From Psammoneis japonica (taxonomy: Eukaryota), in NCBI GenBank assembly GCA_008632985.1, contig QPGO01000006.1, positions 62,001-126,000 on the forward strand: 64,000 nt of DNA. Direction: 5' to 3'. A model generated the notes under the pieces. That model made no database searches. It was not told the DNA's origin and saw only the letters and a list, made by a program, of their open reading frames with translations. The translations under genes were made by a program, and so were the position numbers. The stretch's first letter is position 1; the number at the start of each line of letters is the position of its first letter. This document shows positions 19,335 through 32,675 of this stretch, piece by piece.

Positions 19335-22300
19335 GATGCCAATGATGATGGTGGCTTTTTTCCAATTGCTAATCGCTGTGCGCCCCCAGCAACAAACCCC
19401 CAACAAAGCTGCTGCAAACATCAAAAAGATCCACACAGAGTCTGTGGGAGTTGGCACACTGATCCAGCCCACACAAGGAAATGAAGTGGCGGTGCAAGGA
19501 AGTGAATGTCAGCACAGCTCCACATGCTGGTGCACACTCCAGGAGCCCCAAAGGCAGGTGTGGTGCTGGGCTTGCAAATTTTGCATTTGTGCTGGCTCTG
19601 CAGAAAAGCCGTTGGGCCGCAAATGGGTCGACGACTGCCAGCAGAAAAAGAGGCAGTGCCCGAAGTGCGCCAGCTCCTCTGCTGTGCTCAGGCACTTTCT
19701 TGCTCTCTCCAGACACTGAAGAAAATGTCTGGCGCCAATCTTTGTTCTCAGGAACAGCTGAGAGTGAGGTTTTCACTCATTTGCAAAAGGGAGGATGATG
19801 GTGATTTTTGAAAAGGATTGCTCACAAAAATGAGCGTGTGGCTTTTGTGCGGCGCATGACCAAAAAACCCTTTGTTGCAGCCCAGCAGCAGCCCACGAAG
19901 GTGTGCAAACACTTGTCAGCTGCAGAGCTGTTGTTTGCACTGAGAGTCAATGGCAAGCACCACCCTTTTCAGGCAAAGTGCACAAGGCCAGAGAGGAGTT
20001 TCTGCATGGAGCACAGCAGGGCTGGGGGTTCTTGACCAAGCATGTTTTTCACCAGCATGAGCAGCTGGAAAACAGGCTGCACAAGATTTTCACCCAGGTG
20101 GCATGGGGCAGACTGTTCAAGAAGACAGCAGCAGAGCTCTGCAGGAGTGTCAATGGTGCCCGACTCTCTGCAGCCACAAGGCTGCCAAGTGTGCAGCAGA
20201 TGAAATGAGAAACATGCCCCTCCTCTTTCTCTTTGATGGAAAATGTTTCCACTGTCATTGCCACTGCAAAAGAGAGTGCAGCCAACAAAATGAATGGGCA
20301 CCAATCAAGTTGTGCTTGCACTGCAGGCCGCACAATGCCAGTCATTTGCAGCCTGACAACCACCCTGGAAAAGCGTTCCACAGATGGAGACAACATGCTG
20401 AGCTCCCCTTGGTTGTTGGCAATCAACATGATCTGAGAGCAGCCAGCTTTGTTGGTGTCCAAGGGATGAAGTCATCAAATTGGGTCAAAAGCACTTTTAA
20501 AAAAGGTGAGGTCAGTGCCAAACTTGTGCTTGTGGGCAGCAAACTGCAGCAGCTGCTCTTCAAAGGTGGCTCTTGTCTCTGTGCACAACATGCAACTGGG
20601 CTGGACTTTGGGCAGCCTGAGGCTCTGTTTGCAAGCAAGGTGCTTGTTTGGAGAACTCAGTCTTTGTCTTGTGTGGCCAGGCTGAGTTGCTTGACAACAT
20701 GAGTGCAACTCTCTGCACACCTCCAACGGAGGAAATGACAAGCTTGTTTTCTCACTGCATCTTTGAAAGCACATTCAAAGAGTTCCCGGCTGCTTTTGTT
20801 CATGCCACACATTGCGCAAAAGAGAGGACAGAGTCTTTTGGTGTGCTGTTGGAGGATGTTGTTTTTGCTCTTTTGAGAGACATGAGCCTCAACATGTCAG
20901 CAAACACAAGGAGCTTGCAAGCAGCCACCCAGGCAATTGAGGCGCAAGCTGACAAACTCTGTGGTCTTCAACAAAAGCAACAAAGACTTCAAACTCAACA
21001 TTTGCCTCACTTTCAAAGCAGTCCAGAGCACATTTTGTCTTGTTTCATCATTGATGCATGGTGCTTGTTTGGGAGCATGGCTGGCAGCAACACCCACTTG
21101 TGCCCCAGCTCCAAAGTGGCACCAAATTCAGAGACACAACAAGGGCAGCATTGTTCTGCAGACAGAGTGGCACATTCTCAAGTGTGCTCAAAGCACAACA
21201 TGAGGCCAACCAGCAAACTCATGAGGTGTCAGCCACATCTGCAGGGAGGGACATTTCTGTGATGTGCAAGCTGTGGATGTTTTTGCAGGCCTTGAAATGT
21301 TTCTTTCTCCCACAGATGGCAACAAATGGCAGCATCTGGCATTCAACTTTCCTCGAGGCCACGTTTGTTCAAATCATGTTGTTCTGTTGAAAGACACACT
21401 GCTTCAAATGTCAACTTTGTGTTTTGAAATCTGCCAAAGTGAAGTGCCATGGGGCAGTGTTGGCCCAACAAATCCTGCAAAATCGCTCATGATGGCTGTG
21501 GAGGGGACACTGCTTGCTGCTTCAACAGATGCCAAATGTGGACAAAGTTGTCATGAAAGCTGGTCCTCTGTGCGGGGCTCTGTTGTTGCCAGCTTGTGTC
21601 AAAATTTGTGGGGATGACCCCCCCCCCCCCTCCAGCAGCAAGCAACAGCAACAGTGGCGCACATGGCAGTTTTTGCTTGTCAGCAAAGACACATCAGCTG
21701 ACCTGGCGCCAGACTTGCCCACATTCAAGGGAGGTCATTTGCTGCTTTTTGAAGCTCAAATTTGACCAAACAGCTTGTGGTTTGAATGATTTTTCCTGAA
21801 TTTCACTGTGCTTCACCATGGCAAAAACATCAAGCCACAAGTCTGTGATGGAGGCAGTCCATCTGTCAACTCTCATTTGTTTTGTGTTTGTTGTGTGTCA
21901 AAGGTCACGCGTGCATCAAATTTTTGAGAACAGACTGCTGTGTTTTGGAGCCACATCAATTTTGCCATCATTGCCGTGCTTTGATCACGGCACCTGATGT
22001 TCTTGTTTTTGTGCATGGTCACGGGCGAGTGCAGACAAGCTCTGCTTTTAAAAACAAACACCACAAATGTCCTCATTCAAATGCCAATTTTCTCACATGA
22101 CTTCACAAAACAGCCAAACAGGTTGAGCTTGGTGGCAGCTTGAAAAGTGCGGCAAAGCCCAGCTTTAAAGAAGTTGAGAGAGGGGCGGTCACTGGCAACC
22201 TGAAAAAATGAAGAAATTCAGCACATTGACAGTGTGACACATGCACACAAGATGCGCAGAAATGTGCCAAATCTTGGAATCTTTTGTTGCTGTCTGTCAC

Positions 22301-22990
22301 ATCATCACTGCAAAGTGCTCTCTGTGCAAGTTTCTTGCAGCGGCAGCAGCGTGAGGGCCGCCACACGGCACAGCACACAAAAGGGGATGAGAGAGATCTG
22401 GCTCTGCCTTTGGCATTGGAGCAGCAACCACCAGAGCTGGCTGCTTGCAATGAGCAGCCCTGAAATGTCCACAACATCCCAGCGTGCCCCCAGCTCTGGA
22501 TGGCTCTGATGCCCAGAAGCCTTGCAGCCGCCAGCTGGCACAAGCTCTGGTCTCCAGAGCTGGCAATGCTTGCACATCCAGTGAGGTGCATGTTCAGAAT
22601 TTTTTCAAAGAAAAAGAAGATTGAGCAGCAGCCCAGTGACCAAGGAGGTTCCGTGAGGTGTGCCCGCCCAGCGACCAAGGAGGCTCTGCTGCTGCGCAGG
22701 GGAGCGAGAAGGAGCTGGGGCGCGCAAGAAGCTGTTGCCCCCCCTTCTTGCACACAACTTGCTCAGGAGTGAAACTGCACAGAAATTGCTCCTTGCTGGC
22801 CATGGACTGCATCAATTGATGCCAGTGCCACTTGTTCACCAGCAGTCCTGTTTGCACAGAACCCATCATCTGGTGCACCGGCGCACTGCTGCACAGTGCG
22901 AAGGAAACCATCACATTTTTTTGTCCAATGATCGGAAAGTGTCAACCGCGCAGCAATGCCTGCAGGTCACTTTCGCAAAGTCACGGTCAC
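19335..22990. mobile_element. Highly degenerate TA-depleted repeat block of unidentifiable origin
   Basis: Only about four TA dinucleotides seen in 3.6 kb. TG/CA-rich, with no coherent ORF. Confidence 0.5.
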
Positions 22991-23234
22991 ATGCCGCATC
23001 GATCTGATAGATCGGAAGAGTGGAATTATGGTTTCCCCTCACATTTTCGCAAAAAATTGTGCGTCGCGTTGCTCTGCGAGAGCTGCGAACTCCGTGTACA
23101 GCACCGTGATTTTCAGACCGATCCAAGACGCTGCACTTCTTTTCTTGGAACTATTTTATTGAAACAGGAAGTCGTCGACAAGATAGTATTGAGTTTCCTA
23201 CCAATGGTTCACGTCGGTTGTTGGTCAATTTAGT

Positions 23235-24152
23235 ATGTTTGTCAAGAAACGCCACAGGGTTTCCCAAGACCGGTGGGTTTTACTATCATCACTGATGATT
23301 GCCTTTCTACTCGGATGCTATGTGCGGGGATTGACTGCCTATATACGCGAACTTTCGTTCGAACTTGCACGCTCACAAAGCGCCCCCGACGTAAACGTCA
23401 ATACACCTGAAGCATCGACGACGAAGGCGCTCGGGGATGGGTGTTTTCATATCTTTCTGGATGTCGGAGCGAACATGGGAGTACACGGGCGATTCTTGAT
23501 GGAGCCTCAAAAATATCCCTTGGCGACCACTAGCCGTGATATTTTCGAAAAGGAGTTTGGTGTAGAGAGCAAAAGAGATAATCGGGACTTTTGTATCTTT
23601 GCTTTCGAGCCTAATCCAAGGCACGAAAGCAAATTACAAGAAAATGCCCGGGCATACCAGGCCATGGGTTGGCGATATCATGTCATCCATGCGGGTGTCG
23701 GGACAGAAACGGGTGTTCTTCCCTTTTACTCAAAAAAAGAATCCAATCAAAATGACTTTCGTGCCCAACCGATGAAAGGCGCAGCGACCATTACTAATGT
23801 GACTGTCCTTCACTTTTCATCATGGCTCAACGAAAATATTTACGGACGCGACGTTCCAACAGAGACCTATGGAACCTACCCAACCAGCCACAAGAAACCC
23901 AAGATTGTGATGAAGATGGACATAGAGGGTTTTGAATTTGAAGTTCTCCCCGATATGTTGGCCAGCGGTGCTCTGTGCCAAATTGATTTTGCCTTCATAG
24001 AACTTCACGGATCGAGACCTGAGCATTCAAAAATAAAGCAGGCTTTGGACACAGTCTACGCCAATGCGAGGGTGTGCAAGAAATTCAGATACCGAAATGT
24101 GGATGATGAAACTTATGCGCTTGACGGCATTCCTCTTCCGAAGAAGGACTAA
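23235..24152 (+). CDS. FkbM-like SAM-dependent methyltransferase with N-terminal membrane anchor
   Basis: IFLDVGANMG, FAFEPNP, KMDIEGFEFEVL and IELH motifs, plus an N-terminal TM segment. Confidence 0.85.
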   Translation: MFVKKRHRVSQDRWVLLSSLMIAFLLGCYVRGLTAYIRELSFELARSQSAPDVNVNTPEASTTKALGDGCFHIFLDVGANMGVHGRFLMEPQKYPLATTSRDIFEKEFGVESKRDNRDFCIFAFEPNPRHESKLQENARAYQAMGWRYHVIHAGVGTETGVLPFYSKKESNQNDFRAQPMKGAATITNVTVLHFSSWLNENIYGRDVPTETYGTYPTSHKKPKIVMKMDIEGFEFEVLPDMLASGALCQIDFAFIELHGSRPEHSKIKQALDTVYANARVCKKFRYRNVDDETYALDGIPLPKKD

Positions 24153-24525
24153 AGAGTATGAAAACGTTTCTCTCGACGAGAACTAAAATGAAGCTTTTGG
24201 AAAAAATAATAGAAGCTGCACCGTGAGGTATGCTGTCATAAGCTCTGACCCATATGCCGCAATCCGGTTGTAGACATCGTATGAGCAATGCATGCTTGCG
24301 CAATACTATGCAAATAACGTCTGACCTGTAGCTAAGGTTATCGAGAATCTGCATCCAAGTTTTATTTTCCATGCGACTTTATAATGGCTCATTTTCAATA
24401 TACATACGAACACAAAACCTCCAGCCAAACGAGCGCATTGCTAAATGACATGAACGTTTCTCTCTCATTCAGGATCGTCGAGGAATCGTCGTGAAACCTC
24501 AAGCTACATCGATGGATACATACTA

Positions 24526-25758
24526 CTACACTTTTGCAGGGACATTGACCACTCCTTTATGAAGCTGTAAATTGTATCGGCGATGGTCGGATGTATGACT
24601 TTCAGCATACGAACGAGCCCAATTCCAGGGCAAATGGACGTAATAGTTGGGAATTCCCAGCGAGCTTTTCATAGCTGGATCATCAAAATACTGAGGAGTT
24701 TCGTTCCAGTATGGCCCCATGGAATCTCCCCCGCCATTATAATGAATCATACCCAACTTCGGAAATGACTGAGGAAATCGATTTTGATGAATCCAGGCTC
24801 CATTAGCAATACTCACGTCCCATTCCTTGGGTAGCGGACCCGCCCATTGGGCATGTTGCTCGTCAATAGCTAAAAAGATAATTTGGTCCGTGACATCTTG
24901 ACCAGAAACTTTCGTTACGTTTTCGAGATCAATAGTCTCAGCAAGTTTCCATAATTGCGGCAGTTTGGGGATATTCAAAACCATGAAACCACTGCATTGT
25001 CTTTTTCCCCACTGAAAACCGTATTGACTATCGAATTCACGGACGAGCTTCTCCAGGTTTGCCATCACCACCACGTCCACGTCCATGTACACGGCGGATA
25101 CTACATTTTTTGGCAAAATATCACTTGCAAACAGTCGAAACCAGGCTCCCAGGGTGTGCTTGGTATATTGTTTGCCTTGAAGACCCGTCTTGCGCATGAG
25201 ATGTTGAACACGCTCTTCCCAAGGTAGGACGTATCGCTCAATGTTGTATGAATAAAGGCTAATGGGACTCCGCGACTGCCAACTTGTAATATTGATTCGA
25301 TCGAATAAATCATCCATGGCATCATAGGCAGGCTGGTCTGCCAAAAAGTGGACTGTCAAATTTCGTTCTAGAGGAGCATTCATCAAGACACTCTTGAGTG
25401 AGACTTCCAATTCCGCGATGAAGCCGGGGTGATTCCCGGACAGTCCAAAAAAGACATGTAAAGGTTCATTTGTTTCATATTCATGATTTCGATCTTGTCG
25501 TGTCTGCTCTTTTCCGAATGACGATACTGTGAACATGTTCGGCAGCGAATGCACTTCGATACACACAAACGCAAGCGACAAAAGCAGGAGCGAGTAGAAT
25601 GCTCTAACTCTCTGATTAGTCATCTCAGTTTTGCTTTTGGATTCGACCCGCCCATGGGAAGGTGACACATTGTTGTCATTTGACCACATTGAAGAGTCGA
25701 CCCAAGAGAAAGATCGATTTCGAGATGATGATTCTGTTCGGTCGACACCAACCAGCAT
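24526..25758 (-). CDS. Glycosyltransferase family 8-like type II membrane protein
   Basis: VSLKSVLMNAP, RLFASDILP, YMDVDVVV (DxD), SGFMVLN, TDQ and HYNGG motifs, with a TM segment near the N terminus. Confidence 0.85.
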   Translation of the reverse strand: MLVGVDRTESSSRNRSFSWVDSSMWSNDNNVSPSHGRVESKSKTEMTNQRVRAFYSLLLLSLAFVCIEVHSLPNMFTVSSFGKEQTRQDRNHEYETNEPLHVFFGLSGNHPGFIAELEVSLKSVLMNAPLERNLTVHFLADQPAYDAMDDLFDRINITSWQSRSPISLYSYNIERYVLPWEERVQHLMRKTGLQGKQYTKHTLGAWFRLFASDILPKNVVSAVYMDVDVVVMANLEKLVREFDSQYGFQWGKRQCSGFMVLNIPKLPQLWKLAETIDLENVTKVSGQDVTDQIIFLAIDEQHAQWAGPLPKEWDVSIANGAWIHQNRFPQSFPKLGMIHYNGGGDSMGPYWNETPQYFDDPAMKSSLGIPNYYVHLPWNWARSYAESHTSDHRRYNLQLHKGVVNVPAKV

Positions 25759-25839
25759 TTCATTGTGTCCAATAAGCGGCGAACCGAACCTCAGTCGTGA
25801 GTCGAGAATGAAATGACCGAGACATTTTTTTTTTATGGC

Positions 25840-28800
25840 AGTTTTCTGTCATTGTTGTGACATGCTGGTGGTCATGCTTTGACATTGCGCCCCATTGTCA
25901 GCTCGAATTGATTCTGTGCTCAAACAGATTCAAAGTGCAGCTCACCCTCCTCCTCTTCACCCAGAGAAGGCTTGGGCGGAAGTCAGGGGTGAATGGATTG
26001 TGCCTGCACCTGACTTTGCACCACATCATGAACGCCACAGGCCTTGACAAGATGCAACTCATGGCGCTCCAAAAACAGCTCATTGGCAGAAACTTGGCAG
26101 GGCCCCTTGAACGACTTGTGTTGCCGCATCAAGTGAGGCATTGCCGCCAATCTGCAGTCATCCTGAGTGGCATTTGAGCAGAGTTTGAGCAATCGACAGT
26201 CACTGGGATCACAGTGTGCATGGGTGGGTGGCCACAAGTGAGAAACCTGGAAAGCTTGAGCGCAGCTCTTCCAGCTTTGCAGCCACCCGCCACTGCCGCT
26301 GCTGTCGCCAATGTCCTCCTGCTGTTGTTGCTGTTCCAGCACCAAGACAGATGTGCAAAGTCACACCAAGTCAACTGCCAGTGCTTCTTTGGGGGAAGCA
26401 TGATGAGAAATCCCTTCTTCTTGTGCTTGGGATGCTGCCAGGTGTGTCGTTCATCAATGCAGCAAGAAGACATGTGACTGGCACTGGAACAAGTCAACCA
26501 CCTGTCAAGTGTTGGTGGAGGGCACACATGTGGATGCTTGAAAAGGCAGCAGTTGTGAGTCCCAACCCTTGAACAACTCCAAACTGGCGTGGCAGGCATG
26601 CCCCAAATGAGCATGTGCAGACCATCGCCATGGTGATGCCACAAGGAAAAAGAAAAAATGACCACCAACAATGGTGAAATTGATGTGGTGGATGAGGTGT
26701 CCAAACCATTGTTGCTTTGTGAACAGCTGCAGCCACTGCTTTGTCAAACTCTGTGGGTCACATGGCTGCAATTGTCCATTCGGAGACAAGCACCTCGGCA
26801 AGAATTTTGGAAAGATGCGTGCCGTTTGGGTTGTTTGTGATGCCACATCACCCGCCAATTCTTTGTGCACCTGTTGCCAGCCAGATTTCCAGCACCCACT
26901 GAGTTGAAGCCAGTGGCAATGCCAAAAAAGTCAGCAAACAAAATCAAAATGTGGTGACGCGAGACATTGCTGGCGAAGGATGTCGGGCTGGTGTGTCAAC
27001 AGAGGGCGAGATTGTGCAAGATCAGCTCTGGCCCATCACCACACAAGCAAGGGACACTGCACCAGGGTTCTCATGCACAGAGTGACTGCTTGGTGCTGAA
27101 GATTTTTTTGCGACTTCACAGAAGTGACTTCAGTGGTTCCACCCTGGCATTTTAGATTTGGGGGGAGTCAGATTGAAGAGATGAGTGAAGAGAAGGGAGT
27201 TTGTTGACAAATTCTTGGTGCGCAGTTCAAAGAAAAAGCAGTCAGCCACAAAGACAAAAATGCATTGATGCTGCCATCTCACAAAAGGAACACTCATGTG
27301 AGTGGAAGTTCTCCCCTGCATGTGTCCACTCTGGACTCTAGATTGATCTTGCAGAGATGTGAGAGCATGAAATTGTGGGTTTTGCTTCAAATCTTCATGG
27401 ATTGCATGGCACATTCTTGGCACTGAAGAGGCAAAATGTGGCTGCAATGAGGTCAGTGATGAATTGTGAAATGGTGCATGGTCATGAAATGGGTTTTGCA
27501 TTGATGCCATCATCCAGACCATCTCAGTGTTGAGAGAAAGGGTCAATTTTCCCCCTCATTGTGCCCCAAGACATGAGTCTTGGATCCAGTGTGACCCACT
27601 CATTTTCAAATTTTTTCAAAGTTTTGGCTGGGCTTTGACCCCCCATTGGAGACAGAAGTTCCCAAGATGCAAACATTGTTGGTCTCGTGCACTTGAAAGC
27701 AGTGCATTTTTCCTGACATTGTGCGTTTGAAGATGGGAGCAGCTTTTTGCTGAGCACCTTTGTTGTGCAGAGAGGGACAAATTTCAGCACAACTCTGCAT
27801 CCAACACAACTCTCTGCTTTCATTGTCACATCTTCCAAAAGGTGCAAGATCAGGCCACAAATGTTGCAGTGCTGACACCTGCAGAGATGGGGAGCCTTTG
27901 TTTGTGAAAGCTGCCAACATGAGTTGTTTCATTTTGTCAGCATGCCCAGAGCATCAGCCATCAAACTGATGGACTTGCGAGTGACTGTTTCTGATGTGGG
28001 GCATCAAGCCACTCCAAATTTTTTCATTGGCTGACTTGCCCACCTTTTTTCCTTTGGGGAAACAAAATCCAAGAATGCAGTTGATGCGCTGTGTGGTGAT
28101 TGCATGCAAATGATCCACTGCCAGACATTGCTGCTGCACATGTGCATCATTCATTGCATTGCATCATGGCAAATGCGTGCATGAAGTGTGATGTTTGGTT
28201 TTGTGTTGACAAATTTGTGGTCATTGTTTGGCACAGCTTTCTGCTGCAATTTCCCTGGGTGCCACTGAGTCACCACCCACCATCAAAATCAGAAGTTGCG
28301 CTTGAAAAATTGAAAAAGAATGCAGAGGGGATTTCTCATGAATGGCCCAGATGACAAGAGCCAGTTTGGGCAGAGCTGTGCACTTTTTTGGTGCAAATGC
28401 AAGTGCAGCAATTTCAAAAAATGCTCGTCATTCACTTTTCCTTTGAAGCCACACAACCAGTTCTGACAAAACTCAGCAAGGAAAAGACAAAATGGCAAGC
28501 CTGCTGCCAGCGGTTCATGCATTGTTGGCCAGCAGCTGGTGAGAGAGAGAGTCATCTCATGAGCTGTGCAATGAACACACTCATCTTCTCTGTGAAAAAA
28601 AAAACAACCAAGTTTGCAGCACACAGTTGTGCCTCTCAATGCCCCAGGTTTTCAAAAATCTGCCTGCCCTGCTGGTGCTGCATCAGTGTGCATTGTTTTT
28701 GTTTCCAACACACTCCAGCTCTGGGTGAGACCTCGTGCCACACTGCACTGTGACATGAAAGTTTTTCCATCACGTTGCTGAGCACAGAGAGGAGAAGAGA

Positions 28801-31800
28801 AAACAATCAAAACTGTGTAGAACTTGGTGGATGTGCACATCTGGAACAAGAGCGAAGCTCTTTGCAGAAGCAAAAGACCAACAACAAATTGGAACAAAAC
28901 AACACACTTGTGAGTGTGTTTCTGAAGTCAACCAGCAAAGCTTTTGTCATGCAATGAAAGGGACATTGCCACGCCCAATCTTCCAAGTGTTCATTTTCTT
29001 TCAAAAGCATGCCCTTCATTGCAACAAGGGTCACAAGCAACAGACCCGGGTGCTCTTGGCCAGAGAAACATGTCTGGTCAATCACTTCATTTTCAACATG
29101 GAGTTCTTGGCATTGTTTCTCAAACTCCTCTTTGTCAAACACCTTGGGCAGCTCCTTGAAGGTGACTGAAGGTTGTCCACTGTGCATTCCCCACCACCAA
29201 AACAGCTGCGGTGCAATGGTGAAATCTTTTTGGAGACTTGGCGGAGATTGTGCCTCCTTGCACAAGGCAGCTGTTTGACAAAATCCAGGCACAAGGCACA
29301 TGCATGCAGAAGTTCCTGTGGAAACATGCTGAACATGCCACAAATTTTGTCGCCGCTCAACATGTCAGAAATGACATGATGAGCCAAGTGCTGTGAAATG
29401 TCCTTCCTTGTGCCATTCACAAGCTGCAGTTGCTGCTTTGCCATGGTGCCTTTCCTCCATGGCAATGATGACAGCCTCCTCTGTGCTCTGGGTTTCCCCT
29501 TGTTCCACCAAATTGCAACAATGTGCAGGGTCATCACCAAAGCTCAAAGCATTGGGGTGTGTCTCACAGCCCCAATGACATGCATTCCAGATGTGTCACT
29601 TGAGTGTGAGCAACAATGGCAAGCCATGACATCATGGCTTTTTGTGTCACTGGTTGTCACACACAACAAAAAATGAAGACAGGAGAGCCAGGGCTGCTCT
29701 TGGAGAGGTGAAGCAACTCCCTCCACAAATGTCTCCCTCAGTGCATTGTGGCAAAACTTGATGTGTGTCTCCTTTTCAGCTGTCTCAGCTTTGGTTGTTG
29801 GTTGGCAGCTCTCTTGTTTTGGTTTTGGGGTGCAGTGGTGCCGCACTCCCAGCACAGACCAAAGGGAGTGGCTTTGGCGACACTCGTCACTGAGATTGCC
29901 CAATGTGACAACAGCTGGTTGAGCTTGCAGCAGATGACCCCCCGTGTTGTTGCAGAGAGTGGAGTCATCAAACAACGTGATGACAAGGCAAGTGACGCGT
30001 TCCAGCCCTAGGTGGGGGCTCGTAGTACTGACGTGTGACACAAATAATTTTTATCATCCGTCGTATGTTTCGCACGTAGCTTTCTACGTGTGGTATTTAA
30101 AAAAAATTGTCCAGACTCGCTGTTTTGCGAAGCCCCAGACGTTTTATATAACGAATTTATAGAAACAATAATGCGCCAGTTACATTCTTCAATGTCTGAA
30201 GAATGTAACTGGCTAAGTAAAAAATGATGTACTTCAATCATGGGCGAGTTTGTGCGTTCGCAAAATTGCCTCATTTTCTGTTGGCGATCATTGACATTTT
30301 AATTACCGTATAATTTTACTATGGAGCTCGCACGTAGAAGTCTACGGGCCCAATGTCACACGGATTCCCACCTACGTCTGGAACGCGTCAAGTGTGAAAT
30401 GTGATCCAGACTTGGCATTGAGAGATGAGTTGCAAATGTGCTCATTGCTGAGGGGACATTGTTTCTCCTCATGCCGTTGCTGGCACAACTGAACAACCAC
30501 AGAGCCACAGAGCAGCTTTCTCATGCAATGCACAAAAAAGAGCAGACATGCACCAGGGAGAACTTGGGTCTAACATGCACAGCAGAGCAGGTGCGCTCTG
30601 GCTCCAACAAAATCAGCGTGCACCTCAGGGCACCAGAGGAGCACGACAAAGACTTGCTGCACTTGCAGTTGCTGCCCTTGGCACATGTGACCCAAGATGG
30701 GGAGCCACATGCAAACCATGGGAAAGACGATTCTTTTTCATCATGGCACTCAATGCTTCCTCCAAAGAACAAAGATTGTTGGCAGAGTTTGCGCTTTTTA
30801 AAGGCCAGGGGGTCTCAAAAGTTGGGCTTTCTCCATCTCCCCCAAGCTGAGTGGATCAAAACAGCTGGCAGCAATTCTGCAGCTGTTGTTTGAGCAAGGG
30901 GAGGGAGAGTGAGAAGATGCAGAAAGCATGTCAAACTCCTCCTCCCAAGAAAGAGCCATGTCATGGAGCAGGCTGTCATCACACACCTGCTGAGCCAGAA
31001 AGCTGGCACCAATTTGCTTTGCCTCTGGGACATGTTGAAAACAACTGCTGTCATCAAACCACCACACTTGCTGCCCCGTTCATTGTCTGAGATGTGGAAG
31101 CTTTAAAAAGATGGAGAGCCAGGAGAAACAAACAAATGCCAACATGAAATCTCAACCCAGAGTGGAAAGGGGCATGAATTTGTCTGGGCTCAAGTCAAGA
31201 ACATGGTTGAGAAATCCCAACAGATCCAATGCAAGAGTGAGGTGCATTGTTCAGGCTGAGCTGCGAGAAAGAAGAACATTGAGGACACCTCTGAAAATGT
31301 CGTCAGAAAGCACATTTTTGTTGTTGTTGCAGTTGTCAAACACAAAGCCGCTGTGTTGTCAAAACAACAGATCCACAGACAAGTTGTGTGATTTGTCCAA
31401 GAAAACAAACAGAGAGAAATGCAGCAGCAGAAACACCCCAAAATACGGGCAATGAGCAATTGAGTGAAAGGTCTTTTGCACAAACAAGCTGTCTTTTAAC
31501 AACAGCTGCATTTGCAAAATGAGCAGCAGCACATTTGATGCCATTGCAGCTGTCATTCTCATGGGTGCTGACAATGGCAAAGAAAATGCCAGATGTGTGA
31601 CTTCAAACAGGAGAAAAGCAATGATTTCATTTGTGAAAATGCAGCCGCAGAACAAAGCAAAAACCCATGTTTGCAAAATTTGTGTGTGCGCGGAAATTGC
31701 AGCTGCAGCTGTGAAAATTGTGGCCATTGTTCACAGTCAAGTGATGCGCTGGAAAGCCCCACGCCACATGAGAAAACAGTGTGGGATGTTGAGTGGACAG

Positions 31801-32270
31801 CCGAAGGTGCTGCCCTCTGTGGAGCCAGAGCGGGTCTGTGCTTGAATTTTCACAGCTGCGAAGCCACAAGTCAGTTTGTCTGCTCTTGGATCAAGAAGTG
31901 GCTGTTTTTGTCTTCGCCAGCTGTGCAGTGCATGAGAGGCTGCTTGTCACTGATTTTCTCTTGACAACAACATTGCAGAGCAAGCCCCAGCTGCGAGCGC
32001 AAGGTCGCGGGCTGAGCGTGCCGTGTGCCTTGAGTGCCAGTGTGTTGCAGGACAGATGGCAGTCATTTGCACCCAAAAAACAACTGGCTGGTGTGAAAGC
32101 CATGGAGTCAATCTCTGGCAGAACAGCGCACCTGCAGAGATGGACAAAATCGCTCTCCAACAAGGGAGGTTGAGCACTCGGCTCACCACACCCGTGAAGT
32201 TGGGGCTTGAGGCAGGAAGACATTGCAGCATGTCTCTCGGTCATGTCCGTCCCTTGTGCAAAAACATGAT
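25840..32270. mobile_element. Highly degenerate TA-depleted repeat block, probably a transposon relic, interrupted by a MITE
   Basis: TA and CG are both rare. Fragmentary minus-strand coding-like stretches are present. Family not identifiable by eye. Confidence 0.5.
29994..30389. mobile_element. MITE, 396 bp, TIR gacgcgttccag...taggtggg, 4-bp TSD aagt
   Basis: Left end gacgcgttccagccctaggtggg and right end cccacctacgtctggaacgcgtc. aagt at 29990-29993 and 30390-30393. Confidence 0.9.
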
Positions 32271-32675
32271 GTAAAATCCCCACTACTATCAAAAGAGAGA
32301 GATACGTGGAAAAGTACTCAGGGCTTGTGTAGGAAAAGCGTTTCACAGAGGTCGTTTCGACGAATTTTCTTTTACTATCAGCTTCGTGTAGTTTTTTTGG
32401 TGTATATATCCTAAACCAATGAGGAACTCAAAAGCAAGTATTACATATGCGTTGGCTAGTTATTTTGTGATTAAGAATTTCCGTTGAGAATGCAGAGAGT
32501 AATTTTGGATATCTATTGCTTTTGCGCCAAAAATTTGAAGAGCACATCTTCATACTGTACTACATACATAGAGTCGTACGGTACATAGTAAAGTAAAAAA
32601 GGGAGAAAACGGAGTCTCGCGACGAGAGCAACGAGAGAGACGAGACAGAAGCATGGAATCCCTCCAATTTGCAAG

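Noticed and set aside
23009..23020. AGATCGGAAGAG, matching the start of the Illumina adapter
   Set aside because: Only 12 bp match, the next base is T rather than C and the sequence does not continue as adapter. Probably chance.
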